Below, piece by piece: positions 39,162 through 49,150 of a stretch of DNA of 64,000 bases. Below the pieces are notes generated by a model that saw only the letters and a list, made by a program, of their open reading frames with translations, did not search any database and was not told the origin of the DNA. Each line of letters opens with the position of its first letter. Position 1 is the stretch's first letter. A program made the translations under genes and the position numbers. The DNA comes from Bacteroidota bacterium (GTDB taxonomy: Bacteria; Bacteroidota; Bacteroidia; Sphingobacteriales; Sphingobacteriaceae), in NCBI GenBank assembly GCA_013288685.1, contig JABDBM010000006.1:5712-69711 (forward strand), in the 5' to 3' direction.

Positions 39162-39191
39162 TATCGTTATATATTTTAAAATATAACGATA
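39162..39191. promoter_or_regulatory. ModE box
   Basis: Perfect palindrome tatcgttatat-N8-atataacgata matching the ModE consensus, immediately downstream of modE and 48 bp upstream of 39240. Confidence 0.8.
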
Positions 39192-39239
39192 ACTTTACCC
39201 TCTTTACAACCTGTAACAACTTTTTAAACGTTAATTAAT

Positions 39240-39848
39240 ATGGATAAACATTTATTTTCAACAAAAAAACAAAGTTCGCGATTAAGCAAATTGATGGGCG
39301 CCTTGATAATAATGGCAATGATAAGCCTGTTACTACCATCTGCATCATTGGGCCAGGCAGCCGATACGGCAAAGGCAACTTTGCCAATAGGCACAAGTCA
39401 GGTTACGAAACAAACCTATCCAAAAACAGTAGGCTATTTAAGCTTTATTGTTCCTATTGTTACCGTTAGTAATACTACTGCTTATAATTTTTCGCACGCT
39501 ACCGGCAGTATTGGCTTCCCGGTAGGAATAAATGTGTTGTATAGCGACAGGTTTGGCTTTAGTTATGAGTTTACGCCAACCATCAAATCGGCAGGTGGTA
39601 CCAGTAAAATGAGCAATTTGCTGTTCGACCCGGGCACCATGTTCCGTTTTGATCATGGTTTTACCATCATTACCCGCCTGGCTTTTGAAACATCCGGACG
39701 TTATGGTTTTACCCCGGTTTTTAACAAGGTTTATGCGCGCACTAAGGATGTTAACTATTTTATAGCCTTATCGCTCCCGGCAAGGTTCGGCAATGCTGCT
39801 AATGCATCCGTTGGTTTAAATGTACAGTTTGGCTTTACTTTTAATTAA
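39240..39848 (+). CDS. Small outer-membrane beta-barrel protein of unknown function
   Basis: Signal-peptide-like N-terminus, amphipathic strands and C-terminal VQFGFTFN. Confidence 0.65.
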   Translation: MDKHLFSTKKQSSRLSKLMGALIIMAMISLLLPSASLGQAADTAKATLPIGTSQVTKQTYPKTVGYLSFIVPIVTVSNTTAYNFSHATGSIGFPVGINVLYSDRFGFSYEFTPTIKSAGGTSKMSNLLFDPGTMFRFDHGFTIITRLAFETSGRYGFTPVFNKVYARTKDVNYFIALSLPARFGNAANASVGLNVQFGFTFN

Positions 39849-39863
39849 TTGGGGAATTGGATA

Positions 39864-41114
39864 TCAAATATCCATTGCAGAAAGCGCGTCTATTTTTTTT
39901 TGCATTGCCTGCTTATCTGCATCTGTTTTTGCTAACGCCCTGGCATCCTTAAAACTCTGTTTCGCTTTCGCTGGATTGATGCCGGTGTGTAACTCGCCCA
40001 GCAGGGCGAAATAAAAATGGTTGCCGGTTAAATTCAGCTTCTCTGCTTCAATAATAGCGGCCTGCTTACCGTTAGCCTTCGCCAGGGCGTAGGTGCGGTT
40101 AAGCGCTGCTATTGGCGAATACTCCATTTGCAGCAGGCGATTGTACAGTTGCAAAATGTTCTCCCATTTTTCAGTTGTATCGGCCTTTTGGGTGTGCCAA
40201 TAGGCAATACCTGCTTCCAGGTGGTATTTACTGACGCTATCGCCGTTTGCAGCGCAATTTAAAAAGTAGCCGCCTTTGCTAATCAGGTCGGTATTCCACA
40301 GGGAGGCATCCTGGTCGTCGTACAAAATTATTTCTCCGTTTTTATCCTGCCGCGCCTCAAATCGCGAAGCATGAAAACACATCAGCGCCAGCAATGCATT
40401 TACCTGTGGTTTGTTAGTCGCCTTGTTTTCAACCAGCATGGTGCATAGCCGCATGGCCTCCAGGCATAAGTCCTTACGCAGTGTTTGGTTTTGGCTCACC
40501 GAATAATAACCCTCGTTAAAAAGTAAATAAATGGTAGTGAGCAGGGGTATGAGCCGTTCATCAATCTCGGCCTCAGCAGGCATTTCCACGTTGATGCCGC
40601 CCTCCCGTATTTTTTCCTTAGCTCTAAATAGGCGCTTATTAATGGTTTCTTTATTGGATAAAAATGCATCGGCAATTTCTTCGATCCCAAAACCGCAAAG
40701 AATTCGCAATGATAAGCCTATTTGAGCCTCGGAAGGTATCAATGGGTGGCAAACGGCAAACATCATTTGCAGTTGACTATCGATCACGTTTTGAGGCGAA
40801 AGATCAATATCGGTTTCATAAAAATCGGTAGTCGTATTTTTTATTTCCACAACAACCTTTTCCTCAAATACCGTATTGCGCTGCAGGTGATTTTTCGCTT
40901 TGTTTTTTGCCACATTATAAAGCCATGCCATTGGATTTGGCGGAATACCCTTCACACCCCAAACCTGTGTAGCCGTAAGGAAAGTTTCGCTGGCAATATC
41001 TTCAGCAATTTCCATTTGCGCAAAGCCAAACCTGCGGCATAATACCGATACTATTTTACGGTATTCCGTTCTGAATAAATGGAGGATGGTGTGGTCATTA
41101 GTCATTCTCTTCAC
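39864..41114 (-). CDS. ECF sigma factor with C-terminal TPR extension (ECF42-like, DUF6596)
   Basis: AEDIASETF..A...W...G.P.NP.AWL, MMFAVCHP, IYLLFNEGY and QD.SLW; paired with a YciI/DGPF gene. Confidence 0.9.
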   Translation of the reverse strand: MKRMTNDHTILHLFRTEYRKIVSVLCRRFGFAQMEIAEDIASETFLTATQVWGVKGIPPNPMAWLYNVAKNKAKNHLQRNTVFEEKVVVEIKNTTTDFYETDIDLSPQNVIDSQLQMMFAVCHPLIPSEAQIGLSLRILCGFGIEEIADAFLSNKETINKRLFRAKEKIREGGINVEMPAEAEIDERLIPLLTTIYLLFNEGYYSVSQNQTLRKDLCLEAMRLCTMLVENKATNKPQVNALLALMCFHASRFEARQDKNGEIILYDDQDASLWNTDLISKGGYFLNCAANGDSVSKYHLEAGIAYWHTQKADTTEKWENILQLYNRLLQMEYSPIAALNRTYALAKANGKQAAIIEAEKLNLTGNHFYFALLGELHTGINPAKAKQSFKDARALAKTDADKQAMQKKIDALSAMDI

Positions 41115-41254
41115 ATCATTTGGAACAATTGGTTAAAGTTTCAACTAAGCATATTAAAAGCGTCCGTCCGCCACGAAGTATCGAAACTTGCGGACAGCCG
41201 GACGCGTTTATTCATCAAGCACTGCCAACTGCCTACTCAAAACTGCCAACTTTT

Positions 41255-41599
41255 TTAGTGGCCTTGTATTTTTCTTACTTCAACACTATTACCTTCGCCA
41301 CCCAAAATTGGACACTGTTTGGCAATATTGGTGGCATCTTCCAAATCGGTAGCTCTGATGGTGATAAAACCGGCCAGCGACTCTTTAATCTCCACAAAAG
41401 GCCCGTCGGTAATTACGGGGCCAAATTTTATAACCTTGCCCTCGGTTGCAAGCCCTGTGCCGCCAACAAATTTGTTTTGCGCAGCAATACCGCCTACCCA
41501 ATCGTGATACATCTTCATGTAGCTCTCTAATTGTTCGGGCGATGGTTGTGCTTCTTTGGTAATCAGGTCAAGCCGCATTAATATTAAATACTCGTCCAT
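41255..41599 (-). CDS. YciI/DGPF-family protein
   Basis: TDGPFVEIKESLAGF and CP......VEVR. Confidence 0.9.
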   Translation of the reverse strand: MDEYLILMRLDLITKEAQPSPEQLESYMKMYHDWVGGIAAQNKFVGGTGLATEGKVIKFGPVITDGPFVEIKESLAGFITIRATDLEDATNIAKQCPILGGEGNSVEVRKIQGH

Positions 41600-41763
41600 G
41601 GTGTTTTTTTGTTTTTTAATGGTTAATAAATATATGAATTACTGCAATATCAAGCGGGCATTACTGAATTGGACAGCCGCGGCCATTTTTTTGAACATAA
41701 ATGAATCGTTTTTGAATCGCCTGCGCGATTCAATAGGGCTACTTTGGTACAAAAAATAATATC

Positions 41764-43095
41764 ATGTTAAAATTTTTACAACAATCCCTGGCAGTTTTAG
41801 TGCTATCCAACTGCATTTATTCGTGCGCAGCACAGACGCCTGCTGTGTCGTACAGTATGTTCAGGGGCAATGAGAAGCACACAGGTGTTTACCCATCGGC
41901 TGCTATAAACTCGCCGCCAAAGGTGAAATGGAAGTTTAAAACCAATGGCTATGTCAATTCATCGCCCGCAATTGCCGGCGATAAAATATACTTTGGCAGC
42001 GGCGACAGCAGCCTGTATTGCCTCAATATAAACTCTGGCAGCGTTATATGGAGCTACAAAACAAATGGCGCTGTGTATTCATCACCCGCCGTGGTTAACG
42101 GAATTGCATATTTTGGGAGCCACGATGGTAATTTTTATGCCTTAAATGCTGCCGATGGGAAAGTAAAGTGGTTATTTAAAACCGCGGGCGAAAAACGTTT
42201 TTCGGGCAAACACCTGCACGGTCAGGAACCTGCCGATTCGTTGTTTGTGGATCGCTGGGATTTTTGGCTGTCATCGCCGGTGGTGTATGACAACGAGGTT
42301 TACTTTGGATCAGGGTCTGGTTATTTTTATGCGCTGGATGCCAAAACAGGTAAACAACAATGGGCCTTTAAAACAGACGGCGTTATCCATTCATCGCCCG
42401 CCATAGCCTTCGGTAATGTTTATTTTGGCGGATGGGATACCTACATGCACGCGTTGAATGCCAAAACCGGCACGGAAGTTTGGAAGTTTAAAACAGGGGT
42501 TGATACCGTTATTCATAACCAAACAGGTATAACCGGCTCGGCCATTATTGATGGCAATATGCTTTACTTTGGCTGCCGCGATTCGTATGTGTACGCCCTT
42601 AATGCAATTAACGGTCAGCTAATATGGAAAAAGTTTAACGACCGTGGCTGGATAAGCATTACCCCGGTAGTGTATGGCGATAAACTTATCTATTCGTCGG
42701 GTAGCAGCAAAAGGTTTATAGCCGTTAACAAAATGACGGGTGATACCGTTTATCAGCAAAGCTTCAGCTCGGCAACCTTTGCATCGCCTGCTATTGCAGG
42801 CACCACGCTTTACCAGGGCACATTTGTGGGCACCATGATTGCTTTGGATGTAAACACCGGCCACACCAAATGGACCTTTGCCACTGATGCCGTGACCCAG
42901 GATAAATACGATATCTTAAACCCCGACCATTCCATCAATAATGAAAAATTTGACGCTGCCCTAAAAAGATCCGGAGGAAAGCTGCGGCCGATAGATGTAG
43001 GCTTATCGTTGGGATGCATCAACTCATCGCCGGTGATTAAGGATGGGGTACTGTATTTTGGTTCGACGGATGGTAATTTGTACGCGCTGTATTGA
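41764..43095 (+). CDS. PQQ-like beta-propeller repeat protein (BamB-like)
   Basis: Repeats of W.FKT.G.V.SSPA....YFGS.D...YAL.A..G. Confidence 0.9.
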   Translation: MLKFLQQSLAVLVLSNCIYSCAAQTPAVSYSMFRGNEKHTGVYPSAAINSPPKVKWKFKTNGYVNSSPAIAGDKIYFGSGDSSLYCLNINSGSVIWSYKTNGAVYSSPAVVNGIAYFGSHDGNFYALNAADGKVKWLFKTAGEKRFSGKHLHGQEPADSLFVDRWDFWLSSPVVYDNEVYFGSGSGYFYALDAKTGKQQWAFKTDGVIHSSPAIAFGNVYFGGWDTYMHALNAKTGTEVWKFKTGVDTVIHNQTGITGSAIIDGNMLYFGCRDSYVYALNAINGQLIWKKFNDRGWISITPVVYGDKLIYSSGSSKRFIAVNKMTGDTVYQQSFSSATFASPAIAGTTLYQGTFVGTMIALDVNTGHTKWTFATDAVTQDKYDILNPDHSINNEKFDAALKRSGGKLRPIDVGLSLGCINSSPVIKDGVLYFGSTDGNLYALY

Positions 43096-43215
43096 GGGGA
43101 GATTAGAAGGGTAGTGATTTTTGGGGAGTCAGTGGTGAAAAAGCTTGATTTATGGTATAAAAATCGATAATTTTGAACGATCACACGCAAAATCTTACAC
43201 AATCTAAATTGCCCC

Positions 43216-43683
43216 ATGAAACTACAACAAATTTTCGTCGCTGTTTTAGGCTTTATCGCAGTGCTCGTTTTTGTCGTAGATTCAATAACAAAATTCAAAA
43301 ACTCAAGATGCCAAAGCAAGTTTGGTCCCGAATTGAATGAAAGACGTAAACAGCTTGGTATTTCTATAGTTCCACCCGATTGGGTAGTTTATAGTAAAGA
43401 TGACCATGCAACTTTATGGCAATCTCCCAAAAAAGAAAAAGGCCATGGTTTCAAAGTAGTGGTCTATGATGGATGCGAGTTAGATGGCGAAGAAGATCAT
43501 TATTATTTTGATTCGAAAAAAATACACGATAGCGTGTTGGATATTGATTACAAATATGTGAATTCAAAAAGAAAAAAGGATTCTACCGTGTTCACATACC
43601 AGTTAGGTAATCACCTCGATACGATCACACGAAAACAGGCTGACAGTATCTTCCTGGCAAATCATGTTAAAAAAGATGATTGA
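43216..43683 (+). CDS. Hypothetical membrane-anchored protein
   Basis: 155-aa ORF with an N-terminal hydrophobic helix; no recognised motif. Confidence 0.6.
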   Translation: MKLQQIFVAVLGFIAVLVFVVDSITKFKNSRCQSKFGPELNERRKQLGISIVPPDWVVYSKDDHATLWQSPKKEKGHGFKVVVYDGCELDGEEDHYYFDSKKIHDSVLDIDYKYVNSKRKKDSTVFTYQLGNHLDTITRKQADSIFLANHVKKDD

Positions 43684-43696
43684 TTAAATTCTTAAA

Positions 43697-43737
43697 AGAA
43701 AGACCTCCGAAGTTTCAAAAACTTCGGAGGTCTTTCT
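43697..43737. terminator. Perfect hairpin (REP-like, probable bidirectional terminator)
   Basis: agaaagacctccgaagttt-caa-aaacttcggaggtctttct between convergent genes. Confidence 0.75.
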
Positions 43738-43783
43738 TCTGCTTTCTTTTACTTTCCGGACTTTACTGACTTTTCCGACTCAA

Positions 43784-46165
43784 TCACTCCGTCTTCAAAC
43801 TTTTTATAGGATTTGCCAACGCCGCTTTTACAGATTGAAAACTAACCGTAATCAGCGTGATGAAAATAGCGGCCAACCCGGTAAACACAAATATCCAAAC
43901 CGAGATATCGGAGCGGTAATCAAAATGTTGCAGCCAGTTGTGCATCAGGTACCAGCCGATAGGAAATGCAAAGACAAGGGAAATGCCAACCAAAACAACA
44001 AAATCGGTGGATAGCATGGTCCACAGGCTGAATATGGAGGCGCCCAATACCTTGCGTACGCCAATTTCCTTGATGCGCTGCTCGGCCATAAATGAAGCCA
44101 TGCCGAATAACCCCAAACAACTGATTAGGATAGCCAGGCCAGCAAAAAAAGAGGCCAGTTTGCCTATACGCTCTTCGTTGCCAAACTTTTTGGCGTACTC
44201 ATCATCCACAAAAGTGTACGAGAACGGCTGTTGCGGGTTAAAGCGCTTAAATACCGGTTCTATTTTGGTTAAGGCGGTGCTGGCGCTCAAATTGGGATTA
44301 ATACGTAGTAACGCAGTATAACCAGCGCCTTTGTTAAAGAAAAATACCGATGGTTTTACCTGTCCGTAAGGCGAATCGACAATGATATCTTTTATCACGC
44401 CAATAATTTTAAACTGATGGCCATAATAAGTGAGGTATTCCTGCAATGGATTTTTAAGCGCCATAAACTTAACAGACGCCTCATTGATGACTACGGCGGA
44501 TGAGTCTGTCAAAAATTCTTTCGAAAAATCGCGGCCTTCTTTAAATTGCCAGCCTGCGGTTTTTCCATAGTCTGCCGAAACACCTGTCTGTTGGAAATCG
44601 ACACTTAGGTTAGGGTCTTTGTCGCGCCATTCAATGGCGCTGGTGCTGCCGGCTGTTTGGGTAGGGGCCACATCGCCTTCGGCCATGGATGCTACGGCGC
44701 CGGTTTTAAACAGTTCATCTTTTACGGCTTCAAAGTTTTTGTGGATGTCGCCTGTAGCTACCGGGATAGATACCAGTCCATTGCGGCTGTAACCAACCGG
44801 ACGATTTTTGGCAAACTGTATCTGGCGAAAAATAACAACTGTGCCAATAATAAGCGTTACCGAAACTATAAACTGCACCACCACCAGCACCTTACGCGGT
44901 ATAGCGGCAAACCTGCCCACCCTGAACGACCCTTTAAGTACCTTAACCGGTTGAAAAGATGATAGATAAAAAGCAGGGTAGCTACCCGCAATAATCCCAG
45001 TAAACAAGCTAAAGCCAATACTTAGCACCCAAAAAATAACCGAACTCCACAGAATACCCATCTGTTTATCGGCAACCACGTTAAAAAATGGCAGGCTTAA
45101 CTCCACAAAAAGCACGGCGAGCAAAAAGGCAATACCCACGCACAATAATGATTCACTAAAAAACTGGTAAACGAGCTGACTGCGCAACGAACCAATTGCT
45201 TTACGAATACCCACTTCTTTAGCCCGTTTTTCGGACCGTGCGGTACTTAAATTCATGAAATTAATACACGCCAGCAGTAATACAAACACACCGATGAGGC
45301 CGAAAAGCCATACATATTGTATGCGGCCGCCAATGTTTTTGCCATCTTTAAAATCATCATATAAATGCCATTGGTTCATGGGGTGTAAAAACAAAGCGGG
45401 TTTCTTTTTAGCCAGCACGGCGCTTACATTGTGCAGCTTCACATCGCGTATTTTTAATGATACAGCAGCCATATCGGCATTGTCGGCCATTAGCACATAC
45501 AAGGTGCAAAAATTTGGCCGCCAGGGTTCGCGCATTGATTTTAAATCGTTGGCGTTATAAAACATTTGCCACGAGCCAATGAAGCTTAAATCGGCGAAGG
45601 TTGAGTTTTGCGGAAAATCTTTATAAACGCCCGCTACTTTTGCGATGGTCTGGTTGTCAATTTTAAGCGTTTTGCCCATCGGGTCGGCATCGCCAAAATA
45701 GGCTTTGGCGGTAGCGGCAGATATTAATAATGATGTAGGGTCGTTGAGTGCCGTGCGGGTGCCTTTCAGCATTTCAAGACTAAACATTTCGGGCGCAGCC
45801 GGCTCCATGAAAACGCCGTTACGGGTTAATTTTTTATCATCGAGCGCCAATACGTGGTTGCCCAGCCCTGCTGTTTGCACTACTGCTTTAAAATCAGATC
45901 CATAGCTTTTGCGTAAAGCTTCGGCCAGCGGATACGGTACCGATTGCCAGGTTTGTACCTCGCCATTATTGGTTACGTTTTGTATCACCTTGGCAATATG
46001 ATCGTAATTGGGGGTAAATTTATCAAACGATAACTCGTCCCATATCCAAAGCCCGATCAGCATGGCCACCGCCATCCCAACCGAAAGGCCCACAATATTG
46101 ATAAAGGAATGCACCTTATTTTTAATAAGGTTGCGCCAGGCTGTTTTTAAATAGTTTTTAATCAT
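43784..46165 (-). CDS. ABC transporter permease (MacB_PCD/FtsX duplicated)
   Basis: MIKNYLKTAWRNL, LLACINFMNLSTARS.KRAKEVGIRK, ISCLGLFG and AALANP.KSL..E. Confidence 0.95.
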   Translation of the reverse strand: MIKNYLKTAWRNLIKNKVHSFINIVGLSVGMAVAMLIGLWIWDELSFDKFTPNYDHIAKVIQNVTNNGEVQTWQSVPYPLAEALRKSYGSDFKAVVQTAGLGNHVLALDDKKLTRNGVFMEPAAPEMFSLEMLKGTRTALNDPTSLLISAATAKAYFGDADPMGKTLKIDNQTIAKVAGVYKDFPQNSTFADLSFIGSWQMFYNANDLKSMREPWRPNFCTLYVLMADNADMAAVSLKIRDVKLHNVSAVLAKKKPALFLHPMNQWHLYDDFKDGKNIGGRIQYVWLFGLIGVFVLLLACINFMNLSTARSEKRAKEVGIRKAIGSLRSQLVYQFFSESLLCVGIAFLLAVLFVELSLPFFNVVADKQMGILWSSVIFWVLSIGFSLFTGIIAGSYPAFYLSSFQPVKVLKGSFRVGRFAAIPRKVLVVVQFIVSVTLIIGTVVIFRQIQFAKNRPVGYSRNGLVSIPVATGDIHKNFEAVKDELFKTGAVASMAEGDVAPTQTAGSTSAIEWRDKDPNLSVDFQQTGVSADYGKTAGWQFKEGRDFSKEFLTDSSAVVINEASVKFMALKNPLQEYLTYYGHQFKIIGVIKDIIVDSPYGQVKPSVFFFNKGAGYTALLRINPNLSASTALTKIEPVFKRFNPQQPFSYTFVDDEYAKKFGNEERIGKLASFFAGLAILISCLGLFGMASFMAEQRIKEIGVRKVLGASIFSLWTMLSTDFVVLVGISLVFAFPIGWYLMHNWLQHFDYRSDISVWIFVFTGLAAIFITLITVSFQSVKAALANPIKSLKTE

Positions 46166-46193
46166 GGTTTTACACGTTTGATGTATGTATTAC

Positions 46194-46292
46194 CGCAATT
46201 TTATGCCAAATTTGCAACTGGTTTATAATCAATGGTTTGAGATCGTGTGGACAGCGCGTTTTTGTTCGTTTTCGAACGGTGTTGTGTTCGTT
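46194..46292 (-). promoter_or_regulatory. Sigma-54-like promoter with possible upstream enhancer sites for the ABC permease
   Basis: Minus strand ttggcataaaattgc; upstream tgttcg-tttt-cgaacg imperfect palindrome and a repeated tgttcgttt. Confidence 0.4.
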
Positions 46293-46363
46293 TCTGTCTG
46301 AACCATGACAGGCTTTGACAAATGACAGCGGAACGAATGACCAATGAAAGCGTAACGAAATGA

Positions 46364-47152
46364 CTATATACCATTCGCTCTAACGGTAATCTCGGCAATA
46401 TCCAGCACCTGTATTTCCTGCTCTTTGTTTTCCAGCTTTACGCCATCGCGCAGCATCGTCATACAAAACGGGCAGGCGGCGGCAACTATATCGGCTTTTG
46501 CTTCCAGCACGTCGGTCATGCGTTCTGCATTAATGTCTTTATTGCCTTTTTCGGGTTCTTTAAACATTTGGGCACCGCCCGCACCACAGCACAGGCCATT
46601 GCTTTTGCAGCGTTTTAGCTCAACCAGTTCGGTATCTAATATTTCCAAAGCCGCACGCGGGGCTTCGTAAACATTATTACCACGACCCAGGTAACAAGGA
46701 TCATGATAGGTGATGCGTTTGCCTTTAAAGCTTTCGCCACCTTCGGCCTTTAGCTTGCCTTCGTCAATTAATTGTTGTATCAGTTGCGTGTGATGGATCA
46801 CTTCATAATTGCCACCCAAGTCGGGATACTCGTTTTTTATTGTATTAAAACAATGGGGGCAACCGGTTACTATCTTCTTTATCTCATAACCATCCAGCAC
46901 CTGTATATTGGACATGGCCTGCATCTGGAATAAAAACTCGTTCCCGGCGCGTTTGGCCGGGTCGCCGGTACAGCTTTCTTCGGTGCCTAAAACAGCAAAG
47001 CTGATGCCTACATGATTTAGTATTTTGCAAATATCGCGTGTTATCTTTTGTGCCCGTTCATCAAAACTGCCTGCACAACCTACCCAAAACAATATTTCAG
47101 GTTTCTTTCCTTCGGCAGCCATTTCGGCCATGGTTGGAATTTTTTGGTTCAT
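46364..47152 (-). CDS. (Fe-S)-binding CCG-domain protein (GlpC/FadF C-terminal-like)
   Basis: WVGCAG, ESCTGD, CPHC, YHDPCYLGR, CCGAGG and CPFC. Confidence 0.92.
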   Translation of the reverse strand: MNQKIPTMAEMAAEGKKPEILFWVGCAGSFDERAQKITRDICKILNHVGISFAVLGTEESCTGDPAKRAGNEFLFQMQAMSNIQVLDGYEIKKIVTGCPHCFNTIKNEYPDLGGNYEVIHHTQLIQQLIDEGKLKAEGGESFKGKRITYHDPCYLGRGNNVYEAPRAALEILDTELVELKRCKSNGLCCGAGGAQMFKEPEKGNKDINAERMTDVLEAKADIVAAACPFCMTMLRDGVKLENKEQEIQVLDIAEITVRANGI

Positions 47153-47174
47153 AGTTTAAGCTCCTTTTTGTAAT

Positions 47175-47615
47175 TTAATCAATTGACTCATTGATTTCTG
47201 CCACAAACTCGTCTATACTGCCGTAATTTAAAAATGCAATTGCCGAATTAATAGAATTTAACTGATTGAGGATATCCAATGCTAACTTCAAAGCATCACT
47301 TTCATTTCCAAACATATTGGCATCCCAGTTTATACCAGCCAGTGTTTCGGCTTCAGCCATTTCTACGCACCAACTTTCCAAGAACTCCGGTAACGGAATT
47401 AATGTAGGTATGTAGTCTTTCCACTCGTTACGGGCAGAAGCTTTGGCGTATGCCCTTTCCGACCAAAAAGGTATTACACCAATCTCTTCATCTTCGCTTG
47501 AATTAGAATTGGCCCATCCTTTTTTGTCCTTCAGCCCCCATACTTGTTTGGAGGCAGAAACTCCCTGCACAAATAATTTATACTTATTTTCAATAGTCGC
47601 TGCGTCCTGTAACAT
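47175..47615 (-). CDS. DUF2750-family protein
   Basis: VWGL....GWA, IPFWS...A and W..Y....I.L.EF.E.W. The start is probably MLQDA. Confidence 0.75.
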   Translation of the reverse strand: MLQDAATIENKYKLFVQGVSASKQVWGLKDKKGWANSNSSEDEEIGVIPFWSERAYAKASARNEWKDYIPTLIPLPEFLESWCVEMAEAETLAGINWDANMFGNESDALKLALDILNQLNSINSAIAFLNYGSIDEFVAEINESID

Positions 47616-47631
47616 TTCGTTTCTCTTTATT

Positions 47632-48939
47632 TTAGCGGGCATCATCATTGGCCCAGTTCAACCTATCGGCGGCGCTATATTTCCATGGCGCACCGTTATT
47701 CTCCACATTGCCAAACATATTATTGAGGCTGGCCGGGGCCTGTGATTCTTCCATCACCACGTAACGGCGCATTTCGGTAATAATTTCCAGTGGATTAATG
47801 TTTACCGGGCAGGCATCCACGCAGGCATTGCAGGTGGTACAGGCCCATAATTCTTCGCGGGTAATGTAATCGTCTAACAAGGTCTTCCCATCCTGATGGT
47901 CCTTGCCATGTTTATCTATGTTGTTGCCCACTTCGGTAATACGGTCGCGGGTATCCATCATTATTTTTCGCGGAGATAGCAGCTTGCCTGTAATATTGGC
48001 CGGGCAAACCGATGTACACCTGCCACATTCGGTACAGGTATAAGCTTCCATCAGGTTTTTCCAGGTGAGGTCGGTTACATCTTTGGCGCCAAACCGTGCT
48101 ATCTCGCCTGTGCTTTCAGGGGTAAAAGATGGATCGAGCATCGCCTTTACCTCGTTGGTAACCGCAGCCATATTGGTAAACTCACCTTTTGGATGCAGGT
48201 TTGAATAATATGTATTTGGAAATGCCAACAGGATATGAAAATGCTTGGAATATGGCAAGTAGTTTAAAAACGCCAAAATGCCGATAATATGGAACCACCA
48301 GCATCCTCTCTCAATAATTTCCAAAGCGCCGGCACTATCAGGCAATAAGGGACCGATAAAACTGCTAACGGGAAAGCTGCCTGCCTTTACATAATGACCG
48401 ATGTTTAGCAACTGCAATTTACTGTCGGCAGCGTTCATGGTTAAAAAGGCCGTCATTAACAGTATTTCGATGATGAGGATATAGTTGGCGTCGGATTTTG
48501 GCCATTCGGTCATCTCCACGCCGCTGAAACGTTTTAAGCGCACAATGTTGCGCCTCGCTAAAAATATAACACAAGCGGTGAGCACCAATACTGCCAAAAT
48601 CTCGAATCCTCCAATTAACAAGCCATACAGGCTGCCCAGGGGTTTTGAAAAAATGCGGTGCGAGCCAAATACACCATCAATCATTATCTCCATCACCTCC
48701 AGGTTGATGATGATAAAGCCCACATAAATAAAAAAATGCATTACAGCCGCCAGCGGCCGTTTTACCATTTTTGTTTGCCCAAGAGCAATTTTTGCCATGG
48801 TTTTCCACCGCATGGCCGGATTATCAGACCTGTCGGCAGGTTTGCCCAACAAAATATTGCGCCGAACCTTGCCCGCATTTTTGCTGAAAAGGTAAATAGC
48901 CGCCGCCAGGATGATGATAAACAGGAGTTGAGTAATCAT
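47632..48939 (-). CDS. Membrane Fe-S oxidoreductase (FadF N-terminal-like, 4Fe-4S dicluster)
   Basis: TM region, LPYSKHFHI, CTECGRCTSVCP and CTTCNACVDACP. Confidence 0.92.
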   Translation of the reverse strand: MITQLLFIIILAAAIYLFSKNAGKVRRNILLGKPADRSDNPAMRWKTMAKIALGQTKMVKRPLAAVMHFFIYVGFIIINLEVMEIMIDGVFGSHRIFSKPLGSLYGLLIGGFEILAVLVLTACVIFLARRNIVRLKRFSGVEMTEWPKSDANYILIIEILLMTAFLTMNAADSKLQLLNIGHYVKAGSFPVSSFIGPLLPDSAGALEIIERGCWWFHIIGILAFLNYLPYSKHFHILLAFPNTYYSNLHPKGEFTNMAAVTNEVKAMLDPSFTPESTGEIARFGAKDVTDLTWKNLMEAYTCTECGRCTSVCPANITGKLLSPRKIMMDTRDRITEVGNNIDKHGKDHQDGKTLLDDYITREELWACTTCNACVDACPVNINPLEIITEMRRYVVMEESQAPASLNNMFGNVENNGAPWKYSAADRLNWANDDAR

Positions 48940-49126
48940 TATGCGTGCATAGTAATTTTTTCAAAGTTAATTTTTATGTTGTAATGTCGAAATGTTTTAC
49001 GGTTGAAATGTTGGTGAATTAAGTTGAATAAGTGAATTGGGAGCGTGGTTGAATAAGTTTTTTTATTCATTATCAGGGCTATAATCACTTTTTTCAAAAA
49101 AAATTTAACAACGACAAAAAAAAGTC

Positions 49127-49134
49127 TACATTTG
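49127..49134 (+). promoter_or_regulatory. Bacteroidota -7 promoter box for tRNA-Phe
   Basis: TACATTTG (TAnnTTTG), 16 bp upstream of the tRNA. Confidence 0.65.
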
Positions 49135-49150
49135 CAATCCCAAACCAAGC

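Noticed and set aside
41160-41206. GC-rich hairpin between yciI and the ECF sigma gene as a riboswitch
   Set aside because: No recognisable aptamer motif; it could be a simple intercistronic stem or degenerate REP.
902-48984. Numerous 60-170-aa ORFs antisense to or nested within long genes (e.g. 11788..12243, 21726..22163, 32715..33239, 42810..43319)
   Set aside because: Shadow ORFs of well-supported genes, with no recognisable motifs.
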